Assembly (NCBI RefSeq): GCF_003334785.1
Contig: NZ_QOWV01000021.1
Reading direction: 5' to 3' (one strand)
Length of the DNA stretch: 60,030 bases
Source of the DNA: Escherichia coli
GTDB taxonomy: Bacteria > Pseudomonadota > Gammaproteobacteria > Enterobacterales > Enterobacteriaceae
Of this stretch, positions 36,236 through 47,586 are shown in pieces (position 1 is the stretch's first letter; the number at the start of each line of letters is the position of its first letter). A program made the translations under genes and the position numbers. Below the pieces are notes generated by a model, which saw only the letters and a program-made list of their open reading frames with translations, did no database searches and was not told where the DNA came from.

Positions 36236-37047
36236 GGTGTTCCTTGTAATAATTGTTGACCAAGCCAGAACCCCAGCAGCGTATCTGCCCCTGACGTGTG
36301 CCCCAGCGCCAGCAGCGAATCAATCGCAACAGCGGTACGTTTCGGGCAACTCAGAGCATGAACAAAGTGCAGGAGTGGCGAGGCGAAATATCCTTGCGCG
36401 GCGTAGCGTAAATAACTGACGCTCACCGCTGTGGTAACGAGTTGAAGATTGTCGGAACAGGCAAAAAACTGGCGACCAGAGCGCGCATCTAAAGCGCCAT
36501 AATACCAGGCCGCCAGCAGCATTCCGCTCAGCGTATCATCATGACTTGGCGTTAATCCGGGTCCTTTACCCAGCCAGTGCCGCCAGTCGGTCTTAACGCC
36601 ATTGAGCGCGGCCTGAAAACAGTGACGAAACTGGCGTAATTCAGCGGGCAGCGGATCGCTTGCCGCCATCGCCAGTGGCCCGAAAAGCCCGGTTTCCTCC
36701 GCGCGTTGCATCCATGCAGCTGCAAGCGGTTGAGGATGCGCAGGCGGCGTAATACGCAGCAAACAATAACGCTGTGGCTGTTTAACCGTGAAACGCCCGA
36801 GGCGAATCCCTTGAGCCACAACCTGCGGTCGTTCATTGCCGCATAATCCACCGCATAACGCATCGAATTGCGCGCGGCGAAGCACCCATCCTCCGGGGCC
36901 GAAACCACTACCCTTACGATGCAGCGTTAACAGTTCGCCGCTTTCCGTCATCAGGTTAATCGCCCGTCGCCACACTCCCGCTAACCGCCAGGACTGGCGA
37001 TAATTCGGTGCGCTACTACTGGCAAGCAGAGGATGGATGATCGTCAT
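36232..37047 (-). CDS. ylbF: conserved protein YlbF (DUF2877)
   Basis: Track ORF trimmed to ATG 37047 ([18 protein letters not shown]..., 271 aa); stop overlaps ybcF start. Confidence 0.8.
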   Translation of the reverse strand: MTIIHPLLASSSAPNYRQSWRLAGVWRRAINLMTESGELLTLHRKGSGFGPGGWVLRRAQFDALCGGLCGNERPQVVAQGIRLGRFTVKQPQRYCLLRITPPAHPQPLAAAWMQRAEETGLFGPLAMAASDPLPAELRQFRHCFQAALNGVKTDWRHWLGKGPGLTPSHDDTLSGMLLAAWYYGALDARSGRQFFACSDNLQLVTTAVSVSYLRYAAQGYFASPLLHFVHALSCPKRTAVAIDSLLALGHTSGADTLLGFWLGQQLLQGTP

Positions 37048-37057
37048 TGTGCGTTCC

Positions 37058-38317
37058 TCAACCAATCCCCATGCTTTCAGCCAGTGCTTCCAGCGCCTGT
37101 TCAAAACACGCCAGCGGTGCCCGCACGGTGCCTGCGCCAATCTGCCCGATCCCCGCCTCTTTATGGGCGATACCGGTATTGATGAGTGGCGTAATACCGG
37201 TTTCTACCACGCGACGAATGTCCAGTCCCAGGCAGGCGCCCTGAAAATCCCAGCTTGGGATCTGCAACTGCATATTGCGTTCAAGGTAAATTTCCGCCAT
37301 CTCTTCAGATACCGCCCTGGCCGCTTCCATGCCACCCGCACCGACAAAGCGCGTTACGCCAGGCGCTGCGATCATTGCCGCACCTCCGATACCAAAGGTT
37401 TCGGTAATCGCGCTATCGCCCATATCCGGGTTCGCCTGCTCCTGCGAGAAGCCGGTGAAAAACAGACCTTGCGGAGTGTTTACAGGCGCAGTAAACCAGC
37501 GTTCACCCAGCCCGCTTACCCGAATCCCGAACATATTGCCGTTGCGGGTCATAGCCGTAACGATGCTGCCTGCGCGGATCATCGCGCCAGCATCCATCGC
37601 CGCCTTGCAGTAGGCCATCGCGAGGTTGAGGAAGAACTGATCGGTCACGCTGAGGAAATCCATCACTTCCGCAATGTGCTGTTTATCATGATCGAGGCGA
37701 GCAATTTGTGGGGCCAGCGTACGCATTAACAGTGCTGAGGAAGCAATATTGCGTTGATGGAACTCATCGCCCATGGTAATGCCCTGCGCCATCATCGCCG
37801 TGAGATCGATACCGTGCTCCATGCGCCCCAGCGCCGCGCTTAATACTGGCATTAACACATCGCGCATCCAGCGATGGCGAGTCAGGACATCTTCGCCATA
37901 AGCGCCAAAACGCATCACTTTGCCGATACCTTCGTTGAGGTTGCAGTACGCCCGGTTGCCGTCGGTCACGTTCTCGACCACCAGCATCGGCATACTGGCA
38001 GAAGTAATACCGCCCATTGGCCCGACGGCATTCACATGGTGACAAGGAATGAAGTTCACTTCCCCCTGCTCCAGTATTGCCAGCGCCTGCGCTTCATCTT
38101 TCGCCCAACCTTCGAACAGACATGCGCCCACGCACGCCCCTTTCATAGGTCCGGTCATCTCCTGCCAGCGCATTGGCGGCCCGGCGTGAAGCAGTGTTTT
38201 GCCCTGGTTTAGTTCGCTGATAAGTGAAGAAGCCGGTTGCACATCCAGCCAGTGTGGACGAGCGCGACGAATTTGTTCGATAACCGCAGCATTGGCTTGC
38301 GCCACTGATGTAAACAT
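37058..38317 (-). CDS. ylbE: conserved protein YlbE (DUF1116)
   Basis: 419 aa intact ORF. Confidence 0.82.
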   Translation of the reverse strand: MFTSVAQANAAVIEQIRRARPHWLDVQPASSLISELNQGKTLLHAGPPMRWQEMTGPMKGACVGACLFEGWAKDEAQALAILEQGEVNFIPCHHVNAVGPMGGITSASMPMLVVENVTDGNRAYCNLNEGIGKVMRFGAYGEDVLTRHRWMRDVLMPVLSAALGRMEHGIDLTAMMAQGITMGDEFHQRNIASSALLMRTLAPQIARLDHDKQHIAEVMDFLSVTDQFFLNLAMAYCKAAMDAGAMIRAGSIVTAMTRNGNMFGIRVSGLGERWFTAPVNTPQGLFFTGFSQEQANPDMGDSAITETFGIGGAAMIAAPGVTRFVGAGGMEAARAVSEEMAEIYLERNMQLQIPSWDFQGACLGLDIRRVVETGITPLINTGIAHKEAGIGQIGAGTVRAPLACFEQALEALAESMGIG

Positions 38318-38326
38318 GGGAACCCC

Positions 38327-39994
38327 TTATTGCAAACGTTCTAATAAACGAGCCAGTTTTTTATTGCCGCCGGCGACTGGCGACCATTGGTAATGCACAA
38401 CCGGTTTGCTGGCGCTTTGTAGCTCCAGCGCAAAGCTGCGTAATCCGATGTTAATCACGGCGACGTTTTCCAGTAATGACGGTGTGTGTTGCTGAGTGGC
38501 AGGCGAAAGCGGACGAATCAGTGCCGCCGCCAGCAAGGTGGCTTCCGGCAGCGAACTCACTACCGCGATCCCCGCATCTTCCAGCGTGGCGATTTGCTGC
38601 GAGCGGCATTGCGGGTCACGTTCAGTGCCTGTCACCGTGGCAATGGCATACAGTGGTTGATTGTCTGAACGCGCAGCACAGGCTTTTTGCCAGGCGCTTA
38701 CCAGCGAGGCGGCAGGATCGGCGGTCGCACCGAAGCCAATCACGACATCAAGCAGCAATACGCGCACTTGCGGTTTAGCGCCGAGATCGGCAATTAACTG
38801 ATTGCGTAAGGCTGGGTCGATCATCGGATGGGGACGCCCGACGGTGTAGAAATCATCGCCGAGGTCAATAATCTGGTGACCATCGGCGTCGAGCATCATG
38901 CCGTGATGATGGGTATCGTCGGCTTCCACGCCAAGGTGTCCAGCAAGTAATCCCGCCGCTTCGGCAGCCAGGGTACCGCCGGTATACAAACCGCAAATAA
39001 ATCCGCTGCTGGCAGGCGTTATCGCGTTACGTCGCGCCGTAACGCGTGAAAGCAGGCAAGCCAGGCGTGCGGCCTCATCCAGCGAGGAGGCAAACCAGAC
39101 ATTCTCGTCGCGGGCCACCGCCGGGGTATAACCTAAAAACAGCGCCACCGTCGGTTTGCCGGTTGCTTTCATGGCATTAACAATTTTCAGACGCACAGCT
39201 TCGGCAGGCGGTTTTGAAACAAATGCCAGCACTTCGCTTTTCTCGTCTGCACTGAGCATTTCCAGCGCCGTCAGCGCACTGATGCCGCCCACTTCACGGC
39301 TGAGGTCGCGCCCGCCAAGGCCAATCGCGTGAGTAATTCCCTCCCCTGCCAGCGCAATCTGCGAACACAGTTCCTGAATCCCGGTACCGGAAGCGCCAAT
39401 GACGCCAATATTGCCTTCCGGCATCACGTTAGCAAAAGCCAGCGGCGTGCCGGCAATCATCGACGTACCGCAGTCCGGCCCCATCACCAGCAAGCCTTTT
39501 TCCCGCGCGCGGCTTTTAAGTTGGATTTCATCTTCCAGCGTGACGTTATCGGAGAACATCATCACGTTGAGGTTGCGATCCAGCGCCTGGTTCGCCAGCT
39601 CCGCCGCATACTCGCCAGCCACTGAAATCAGCGCCAGACTGGCGTCGGGTAATTTCTGACAGGCACTGTCCCAGCGACGCACCTGCGTCAACGCCTGGCT
39701 GCTGCCTGACCCCTGCGCCAGTTGTTTTAGCGCCTCTTCAAGCTGCTGCATAATCGCCTGCGCGATCCCCGCATCCGCCGCTTCGCTACGAATTGCCACG
39801 CAAATATCGTTCGGCGTGGCGTTATTAAAATCGTCATGCCAGAAACCTGTGGTATCTAATAACGCTTTATTGGCGGGCGTACCCATCATTACGGAAACAT
39901 CATCAACATTTTCTGATTCGCTGAGTTTTCGTGAAATAATCATTAAACTGACCGAATCCTGAAAACACCCTTTTTTAATAAAGGCGTGGATCAT
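38327..39994 (-). CDS. fdrA: FdrA, succinyl-CoA synthetase alpha-like CoA-binding protein
   Basis: 555 aa; CoA-binding/ligase-like domain. Confidence 0.85.
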   Translation of the reverse strand: MIHAFIKKGCFQDSVSLMIISRKLSESENVDDVSVMMGTPANKALLDTTGFWHDDFNNATPNDICVAIRSEAADAGIAQAIMQQLEEALKQLAQGSGSSQALTQVRRWDSACQKLPDASLALISVAGEYAAELANQALDRNLNVMMFSDNVTLEDEIQLKSRAREKGLLVMGPDCGTSMIAGTPLAFANVMPEGNIGVIGASGTGIQELCSQIALAGEGITHAIGLGGRDLSREVGGISALTALEMLSADEKSEVLAFVSKPPAEAVRLKIVNAMKATGKPTVALFLGYTPAVARDENVWFASSLDEAARLACLLSRVTARRNAITPASSGFICGLYTGGTLAAEAAGLLAGHLGVEADDTHHHGMMLDADGHQIIDLGDDFYTVGRPHPMIDPALRNQLIADLGAKPQVRVLLLDVVIGFGATADPAASLVSAWQKACAARSDNQPLYAIATVTGTERDPQCRSQQIATLEDAGIAVVSSLPEATLLAAALIRPLSPATQQHTPSLLENVAVINIGLRSFALELQSASKPVVHYQWSPVAGGNKKLARLLERLQ

Positions 39995-40310
39995 AACAAC
40001 TCCTTAAAAATTGCACCCATGGCAATTGCACGAGCAGTGTTAATGTGGCGATTACGGTATCGATGACAACGAGTAAATAAGGTGATGAATATCACACAGG
40101 AATTATTAACAAAAGAATTCAAATAACCGCCAGGCTATTACTCATTATTTTTTAATAAGCGTGGTTGTTTTAAAAATCAGGTTAAAAGTGAGCGGATTAT
40201 CAAATAAATTCTAACTATATTTTCTTGCCTGTCTGGATCACATAATCCAGATATTTTCCCTGTATGTTAATTGCAGTCATGCTTCACACCGTCGTTAAAA
40301 AGGAAGACAG

Positions 40311-41360
40311 ATGAAAATCAGTCGGGAAACACTCCACCAGCTAATTGAGAATAAACTCTGCCAGGCTGGGTTAAAACGTGAGCACGCTGCAACCGTGGCT
40401 GAAGTATTGGTTTACGCCGATGCCAGAGGGATCCACTCTCATGGCGCGGTGCGCGTGGAATACTACGCGGAACGCATTTCAAAAGGCGGCACCAACCGCG
40501 AACCGGAGTTTCGTCTTGAGGAAACCGGGCCGTGCTCGGCAATTTTACATGCCGACAATGCCGCCGGACAGGTCGCGGCGAAAATGGGTATGGAACATGC
40601 CATCAAAACCGCCCAGCAAAATGGCGTTGCGGTGGTCGGTATCAGCCGGATGGGTCACAGCGGCGCAATCTCTTATTTTGTGCAGCAGGCAGCCCGCGCC
40701 GGATTCATTGGCATTTCGATGTGCCAGTCCGATCCAATGGTGGTGCCGTTTGGCGGCGCGGAAATTTACTACGGTACTAACCCCCTGGCCTTTGCCGCGC
40801 CGGGAGAAGGCGACGAGATCCTTACCTTTGATATGGCGACTACCGTACAGGCATGGGGAAAAGTGCTCGACGCCCGCTCGCGTAATATGTCTATCCCGGA
40901 TACCTGGGCGGTCGATAAAAACGGTGTACCAACAACCGATCCGTTCGCGGTACATGCTCTGCTCCCCGCCGCCGGGCCAAAAGGGTATGGCCTGATGATG
41001 ATGATTGACGTCCTCTCAGGCGTCTTACTCGGCTTACCGTTCGGGCGACAGGTTAGTTCGATGTATGACGATTTACACGCAGGGCGTAATTTGGGGCAAT
41101 TACATATAGTTATTAATCCGAACTTTTTCTCCTCCAGCGAATTATTCCGTCAACATCTTAGCCAGACCATGCGCGAATTAAATGCCATTACCCCCGCGCC
41201 CGGTTTTAATCAGGTTTATTATCCCGGACAGGATCAGGATATTAAACAACGCAAAGCCGCCGTCGAAGGCATCGAAATTGTTGATGATATTTACCAGTAT
41301 TTAATTTCCGACGCGCTTTATAACACGTCATACGAAACGAAAAATCCCTTTGCGCAATAA
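40311..41360 (+). CDS. allD: ureidoglycolate dehydrogenase
   Basis: 349 aa Ldh2-family oxidoreductase. Confidence 0.9.
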   Translation: MKISRETLHQLIENKLCQAGLKREHAATVAEVLVYADARGIHSHGAVRVEYYAERISKGGTNREPEFRLEETGPCSAILHADNAAGQVAAKMGMEHAIKTAQQNGVAVVGISRMGHSGAISYFVQQAARAGFIGISMCQSDPMVVPFGGAEIYYGTNPLAFAAPGEGDEILTFDMATTVQAWGKVLDARSRNMSIPDTWAVDKNGVPTTDPFAVHALLPAAGPKGYGLMMMIDVLSGVLLGLPFGRQVSSMYDDLHAGRNLGQLHIVINPNFFSSSELFRQHLSQTMRELNAITPAPGFNQVYYPGQDQDIKQRKAAVEGIEIVDDIYQYLISDALYNTSYETKNPFAQ

Positions 41361-41381
41361 TTATTGAGACAGGACTTTCTT

Positions 41382-42617
41382 ATGATTACACATTTCCGTC
41401 AAGCTATAGAAGAAACGCTGCCCTGGCTTTCCTCTTTTGGCGCTGACCCAGCGGGTGGGATGACCCGTTTACTTTATTCGCCGGAATGGCTGGAAACCCA
41501 GCAGCAATTTAAAAAAAGAATGGCAGCAAGCGGGCTGGAAACACGTTTCGATGAAGTGGGGAATTTATACGGTCGCCTGAATGGCACCGAATATCCACAG
41601 GAAGTGGTTCTGAGCGGTTCGCATATCGATACCGTGGTTAACGGCGGTAACCTTGACGGGCAATTCGGCGCGCTGGCGGCGTGGCTGGCAATTGACTGGC
41701 TGAAAACGCAATACGGCGCGCCGCTACGTACGGTCGAAGTGGTGGCGATGGCAGAAGAAGAAGGCAGCCGCTTCCCGTATGTCTTCTGGGGCAGTAAAAA
41801 TATTTTTGGGCTGGCGAATCCTGACGACGTGCGGAATATCTGTGATGCCAAAGGAAATAGTTTTGTCGATGCGATGAAGGCTTGCGGATTTACTCTTCCG
41901 AACGCCCCACTAACTCCGCGTCAGGATATTAAAGCCTTTGTTGAACTGCATATTGAACAGGGCTGTGTGCTGGAAAGTAATGGGCAATCAATTGGCGTGG
42001 TGAATGCAATTGTCGGGCAGCGTCGTTATACGGTAACGCTGAACGGCGAATCAAACCATGCAGGCACCACGCCGATGGGTTATCGTCGTGATACAGTTTA
42101 CGCTTTCAGTCGCATTTGCCATCAGTCGGTCGAAAAAGCGAAAAGGATGGGCGATCCGCTGGTTCTGACCTTTGGCAAAGTAGAGCCGCGCCCGAATACG
42201 GTAAATGTGGTGCCGGGTAAAACCACGTTCACCATTGATTGTCGTCATACCGACGCTGCCGTGCTGCGCGATTTCACCCAACAGTTAGAAAACGACATGC
42301 GGGCGATTTGCGATGAAATGGACATTGGTATTGATATCGATTTATGGATGGACGAAGAACCCGTGCCGATGAATAAGGAGCTGGTCGCCACCCTGACAGA
42401 ATTGTGTGAAAGAGAAAAACTGAATTACCGGGTGATGCACAGTGGTGCCGGGCACGACGCGCAAATTTTCGCGCCTCGCGTACCAACCTGCATGATTTTT
42501 ATCCCCAGCATCAACGGGATCAGCCATAACCCGGCGGAACGCACCAATATTACCGACCTTGCCGAAGGGGTCAAAACGTTGGCACTCATGCTTTATCAAC
42601 TTGCCTGGCAGAAATAA
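41382..42617 (+). CDS. allC: allantoate amidohydrolase (M20 peptidase family)
   Basis: Track ORF trimmed to ATG 41382 (MITHFRQAIEETLPWLSSFG..., 411 aa). Confidence 0.9.
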   Translation: MITHFRQAIEETLPWLSSFGADPAGGMTRLLYSPEWLETQQQFKKRMAASGLETRFDEVGNLYGRLNGTEYPQEVVLSGSHIDTVVNGGNLDGQFGALAAWLAIDWLKTQYGAPLRTVEVVAMAEEEGSRFPYVFWGSKNIFGLANPDDVRNICDAKGNSFVDAMKACGFTLPNAPLTPRQDIKAFVELHIEQGCVLESNGQSIGVVNAIVGQRRYTVTLNGESNHAGTTPMGYRRDTVYAFSRICHQSVEKAKRMGDPLVLTFGKVEPRPNTVNVVPGKTTFTIDCRHTDAAVLRDFTQQLENDMRAICDEMDIGIDIDLWMDEEPVPMNKELVATLTELCEREKLNYRVMHSGAGHDAQIFAPRVPTCMIFIPSINGISHNPAERTNITDLAEGVKTLALMLYQLAWQK

Positions 42618-42627
42618 GGAGTCATAA

Positions 42628-43413
42628 ATGGGATATTTAAATAACGTCACCGGTTACCGCGAAGATTTACTGGCTAACCGTGCGATTGTTAAACACGGTA
42701 ATTTCGCACTGTTAACCCCGGATGGTCTGGTAAAAAATATTATTCCGGGCTTTGAAAATTGTGACGCGACAATCCTCTCCACGCCAAAGCTGGGTGCCTC
42801 TTTTGTTGATTATCTGGTCACACTGCATCAAAACGGTGGCAACCAACAGGGCTTCGGTGGCGAAGGCATTGAAACGTTCCTGTATGTGATCTCTGGAAAT
42901 ATCACTGCCAAAGCCGAAGGCAAAACATTTGCCTTAAGCGAAGGTGGCTATCTTTATTGCCCGCCAGGCTCCTTAATGACGTTTGTTAACGCCCAGGCCG
43001 AAGACAGCCAAATCTTTTTATATAAGCGCCGCTATGTTCCGGTAGAAGGCTATGCACCGTGGCTGGTTTCTGGCAATGCCAGCGAACTGGAACGCATTCA
43101 TTATGAAGGCATGGACGATGTTATTCTGCTGGATTTTCTGCCCAAAGAGTTAGGTTTTGATATGAACATGCATATCCTCTCTTTTGCACCAGGTGCCAGC
43201 CACGGTTATATCGAAACACACGTTCAGGAACACGGTGCCTATATTCTTTCCGGTCAGGGGGTTTATAACCTCGACAATAACTGGATCCCGGTGAAAAAAG
43301 GCGATTACATCTTTATGGGCGCTTATTCTTTACAGGCTGGTTATGGTGTAGGGCGTGGTGAAGCGTTCAGCTATATTTACTCGAAAGATTGTAACCGCGA
43401 CGTAGAGATTTAA
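42628..43413 (+). CDS. allE: (S)-ureidoglycine aminohydrolase, bicupin
   Basis: 261 aa cupin-type protein (also known as ylbA). Confidence 0.88.
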   Translation: MGYLNNVTGYREDLLANRAIVKHGNFALLTPDGLVKNIIPGFENCDATILSTPKLGASFVDYLVTLHQNGGNQQGFGGEGIETFLYVISGNITAKAEGKTFALSEGGYLYCPPGSLMTFVNAQAEDSQIFLYKRRYVPVEGYAPWLVSGNASELERIHYEGMDDVILLDFLPKELGFDMNMHILSFAPGASHGYIETHVQEHGAYILSGQGVYNLDNNWIPVKKGDYIFMGAYSLQAGYGVGRGEAFSYIYSKDCNRDVEI

Positions 43414-43455
43414 GTCATACCACTCGCCTGATTATTTTTAGCTATGTTGGATTTT

Positions 43456-43620
43456 GCCACGGTTTATACCGTGGCTTTTTTTGTAACATTGCCTGATGCG
43501 CTTCGCTTATCAGGCCTACATGATCTCTGCAATATATAGAATTTGCGCAATTTTCAGGAAGGATATGGTACTCATGCCGCATCCGGCATGAGTACTGCAC
43601 TCTTATGCGATATAAATCGC
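43456..43620. repeat. terminator hairpin followed by REP-like palindromic elements between convergent allE and glxK
   Basis: ccacggtttataccgtgg + T-run; then gcctgatgcg...cttatcaggcctac and catgccgcatccggcatg palindromes. Confidence 0.7.
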
Positions 43621-43640
43621 ATCCGCTTTAAAGGTAAGGG

Positions 43641-44786
43641 TTAGTTTTTAATTCCCTGACCTATTTTAATGGCGCAGGCAATATTTCGCGCGCTGTTGAA
43701 GAGATTGGTTTCACCGCTGGCGAGCACTTCGGCTAAAGGTGCCAGACGAGGCAAAATGCTGAATACCGCGTCAATGCCGTACTGGTGCACCACTTCCACG
43801 CCATCACCCAATACGCCAGCAATCCCAATCACCGGTACATTAAACTGCTTCGCCACCGACGCCACACCCAGCGGCGCTTTACCGCCTGCCGTTTGCGAGT
43901 CGATGCGCCCTTCCCCGGTAATCACCAGTGCTGCGCCCTGCACTGCCTGCGCAAGATTGACCGCATTCAACACAATTTCAATGCCCGGTTTAATATCCGC
44001 ATTGAGAAATACCGCCGCCGCAATACCCATACCGCCCGCAGCGCCGCCGCCCGCCATCTGGCAGACATTAATTTCAGTTTGCTGTTGTAAAACACGGGCG
44101 TAATTTTGCAGCCCCTGTTCAAGTTCTTCGACCATCTCCGGCGTTGCCCCTTTTTGCGGGCCAAACACCGCCGCCGCGCCGCGTGCCCCTACCAGCGGGT
44201 TATCAACGTCACATGCTACTTCAATATGGCAATTCGCCAGACGCGGATCGCATTCATCCATCTCAATGCTTGCCACGCGCGCTAAATTACCACCGTTTGC
44301 CGCCAGCGCCTGACCGTCGGCATCAAGGAAACGCACACCGAGCGCCTGCGCCATGCCCATACCGCCGTCGACCGTCGCACTGCCGCCAATGCCGAGAATA
44401 ATATGGCGAATGTCGTTATCCAGCGCATGACGAATTAACTCCCCCGTACCAAAACTGGAGGCCAGCAACGGATTACGCTTTTCAGGCGCGACCAGCATCA
44501 GGCCACTTGCTGCCGCCATCTCAATCACCGCCGTTTTCCCGTCGCCGGTAAGGCCATAAAAAGCATTCACTTTTTCGCCCATCGGCCCGCAGACTTCAAG
44601 CGTCACGATGTTGCCGCCCGTCGCGGCGACCATCGCATCCACCGTCCCTTCGCCGCCATCCGCTATCGGCAAACAGATATAGTTCGCATCGGGAAAGAGG
44701 GTCGAAAACCCGGCTTTAATTGCCTGACAACATTTTTCTGCACTTAAGCTCTCTTTAAAAGAGTCTGGCGCAATGACAATCTTCAT
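43641..44786 (-). CDS. glxK: glycerate 2-kinase
   Basis: Track ORF starts at TTG 44792; ATG at 44786 gives [20 protein letters not shown]... (381 aa). Confidence 0.9.
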
Positions 44787-44807
44787 TATCAATCCTTTTT
44801 CAACAAA

Positions 44808-46115
44808 TTATTCGATGCGTTCCCACGGAATAAGGTTATCCATAAGAACAGCCAGTAAAATCCCGACCAATAAGCCGTTACTGAGCAGAGGACGAAGCGT
44901 TAATGGAAGGTCTTGCAGATACACAGGCGGTAATGCCATTAAAAATATGCCGACAAATAACGGCAATGCGAGTCGATAAATATTGCGAGCGGTAAACGTT
45001 ATTTGCTGGCTAAACACCAGCGCGGAAAAGAGTAAAGGCAGATAAGAAACCAGCATGACCGCACTACTCACGGGTAAAGGGATACTGCAAAACAGTCGCG
45101 TGAGTGCAGGAACCAGCGCCACCAGCAGGCAAATAACGCTGCCATAAATAAACGAACGCCGCGTGTAATCGCCAGTCTGGGTTAATAAACCAATGGATGA
45201 AACAAACGGTGAAAATGGAATTACCGCCAGCGGTACGGTTATCAGCGTCATAAATCCGGTCGCCACAAAGCTACGACGATAACGCGTATTCCCTGCGCCC
45301 TGCTGCGGATAAAAAACATCCGTGCCCCGAATCGCACCGTAGGTATTGCTGATATTTACCAGACCTGTAATCACCGCCGTCAGAATAATTCCCGGCGACA
45401 AAGCACCGCCACTGCCGAGCGGGAACCACTGCCAGTGCAACTCACCGGAGAGCGAGTGCGAAGAAGGAAAGCAAAAGTACCACAACAACCAGCCGGTTAT
45501 GGTGCCGACCAGCAGGCCATAACGGGCAAAACGTTGCGGCAGGAAGATAATCATCGCCAGTACCAGGCACATCACCGCCACCGAGAGCGCGAACGGCGGT
45601 AACTGAATTTTAAAATTCGGGTCGGCTATGCCAAACGGCAGCCCGAGCATACCTTTGAAAAAGATAGTGGTCAGCTGCGCGCCCAGCATCAACATAAACA
45701 AGACCATCACCGACGGCGTAAATAACCGTGCCAGGCGATGGCCTAATCCGCTAAAACCAATCAACATCGTCAGCACGCCGGAGAGTGCAATCCCCACTGC
45801 CAGGCTGGTGGCGATATCGTTGATCGGTGTCCCGCGCGATGCTTCACCAAGGGTGATAGTAAGGATGGTTCCCCACCACAGGCCACCTGGCCCTTCCATA
45901 ATAGCGCGACGATGACCGCAAAACGCCTGAGCGAAGCAGGCCAGTGCGGTAGCAAGAAAAGCATATTGCGTGAGCGTAAGCAGGCTACTTTGCGGCAACT
46001 GAAAAGCAGAAAGTAGCGTAGGAGGAACCACAACCGTGTTGCAAAAAATAAAGAAAAACCACTGAAATCCTGATAACAGGCTTTCGCGGCTGACTGCAAA
46101 ATTGAACATAAACAC
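44808..46115 (-). CDS. ybbY: NCS2-family nucleobase permease (putative purine/xanthine transporter)
   Basis: about 435 aa polytopic membrane protein; exact start uncertain. Confidence 0.82.
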   Translation of the reverse strand: MFMFNFAVSRESLLSGFQWFFFIFCNTVVVPPTLLSAFQLPQSSLLTLTQYAFLATALACFAQAFCGHRRAIMEGPGGLWWGTILTITLGEASRGTPINDIATSLAVGIALSGVLTMLIGFSGLGHRLARLFTPSVMVLFMLMLGAQLTTIFFKGMLGLPFGIADPNFKIQLPPFALSVAVMCLVLAMIIFLPQRFARYGLLVGTITGWLLWYFCFPSSHSLSGELHWQWFPLGSGGALSPGIILTAVITGLVNISNTYGAIRGTDVFYPQQGAGNTRYRRSFVATGFMTLITVPLAVIPFSPFVSSIGLLTQTGDYTRRSFIYGSVICLLVALVPALTRLFCSIPLPVSSAVMLVSYLPLLFSALVFSQQITFTARNIYRLALPLFVGIFLMALPPVYLQDLPLTLRPLLSNGLLVGILLAVLMDNLIPWERIE

Positions 46116-46165
46116 ACCTTAACCGGAGAATGCCCGCCGCAAGGACGGGCATTGCAGGGGCCAGA

Positions 46166-47527
46166 TTACTGCTGATGTTTAAGGATAAATTGACCTTTCG
46201 GCGCAACAGGGAAGCCCTGTTCAATGTCGTAAATCACATCACCACGTAAGATGGTTTTCGTGATACGCGCGCCAATGGTACGGCCAACATACGGGCTGAC
46301 TTTGTGGCGATATTCCAGATCGTCATTGGTAAGAACATAGCTGCTATTCGGCTGAATGAAGACGAAGTCGGCATCTTTTCCTGGGGCGATACGGCCTTTT
46401 TGCTGCAGACCGAAAATATCTGCTGCGTTAGTCGCCATTAATTTGCCGAACATTGGCAGAGACATACCGCGTTTCTGTACCGCTTCATCGAACATCACGT
46501 CCATGCAGCTTTGCAGACCGGCGATACCGCCCCATGCTTTCATGATGTTACCGGCTTTCATTTCCGGCGGGCATGGAGAGTGGTCGGAAACCAGGCAGTC
46601 GATTTCACCGTTAAACAGTTTTTCCCACATGCCTTTCTGGTTTTCCAGATCGCGGATCGGCGGTGAACACTTCGCCAGAGTACCGATTTCTTCGAACTGA
46701 TCGGTATCCAGTACAAAGTAATGCGGGCAGGATTCACAAGTAACGTCCTGACCTTCCTGACGTGCACGAGTCACTTCCTCAACACCTTCCGGGCTGCTGA
46801 CGTGGCAAACGTGCAGACGGCAACCAGCAACTTTCGCCAGATACAGTACGCGGCGAATTGCTTCCACTTCGGTAAATACCGGACGCGAAGCCACATAGTC
46901 ATGAGCGGTTACGCGACCTTCACGCTTCGCTTCTTCGCCCAGTTCGTCACAAATCAGCGCGTTTTCGCAGTGCACCAGCACCGGCTGACCCAGTTCGCCC
47001 AGCTTCTGCGCACCTTTGAAGAACTGCCAGTCGTTTACATCACGGAAGTCGTTGTCGATACCGCGATCGCCACAGGTCGCAACGAAGCATTTGAAGCCGA
47101 CAACGCCCACTTCATCCAGCTCATGCAGACGGTCGATGTTGTAAGACACCAGGCCACCGAGTTGTGCCGCATCAATAGTCAGCTTGCCTTTAGCGGCATC
47201 GAACTTCAGTTCAATTGAAGCGCGGTCAACCGTTGCAGGCAGCTGGTTGAGCGGCATTTCGATCATGGTGGTGATACCACCTTTTGCCGCTGCGCGAGTA
47301 CCGGTTTCATAACCTTCCCAGTGGCTACGACCCGGTTCAGAAATATGGGTGTGCGCATCAACCATGCCCGGCGAAACCACCAGACCAGACGCATCCATAA
47401 CTTCTTTTGCATCGCCCAGATCCTGACCGATAGCAGCAATTTTTCCGCCTTTAACGGCGATATCTACAACGCGAGCTTCGTTTTCTAAAATAACGGTGCC
47501 GTTTTTAATGATTAAATCAAAAGACAT
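46166..47527 (-). CDS. allB: allantoinase
   Basis: 453 aa cyclic amidohydrolase (HTH metal-binding motif [10 protein letters not shown]). Confidence 0.93.
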   Translation of the reverse strand: MSFDLIIKNGTVILENEARVVDIAVKGGKIAAIGQDLGDAKEVMDASGLVVSPGMVDAHTHISEPGRSHWEGYETGTRAAAKGGITTMIEMPLNQLPATVDRASIELKFDAAKGKLTIDAAQLGGLVSYNIDRLHELDEVGVVGFKCFVATCGDRGIDNDFRDVNDWQFFKGAQKLGELGQPVLVHCENALICDELGEEAKREGRVTAHDYVASRPVFTEVEAIRRVLYLAKVAGCRLHVCHVSSPEGVEEVTRARQEGQDVTCESCPHYFVLDTDQFEEIGTLAKCSPPIRDLENQKGMWEKLFNGEIDCLVSDHSPCPPEMKAGNIMKAWGGIAGLQSCMDVMFDEAVQKRGMSLPMFGKLMATNAADIFGLQQKGRIAPGKDADFVFIQPNSSYVLTNDDLEYRHKVSPYVGRTIGARITKTILRGDVIYDIEQGFPVAPKGQFILKHQQ

Positions 47528-47586
47528 AACAAACTCCTTGTAAAATACAGATTGGTTTTTAACTCAATGTTCAATATCGGGATTAA

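Noticed and set aside
37037-37729. 230 aa plus-strand ORF across the ylbF/ylbE junction
   Set aside because: Opposite strand to two tightly packed co-directional genes; no start context; likely shadow frame.
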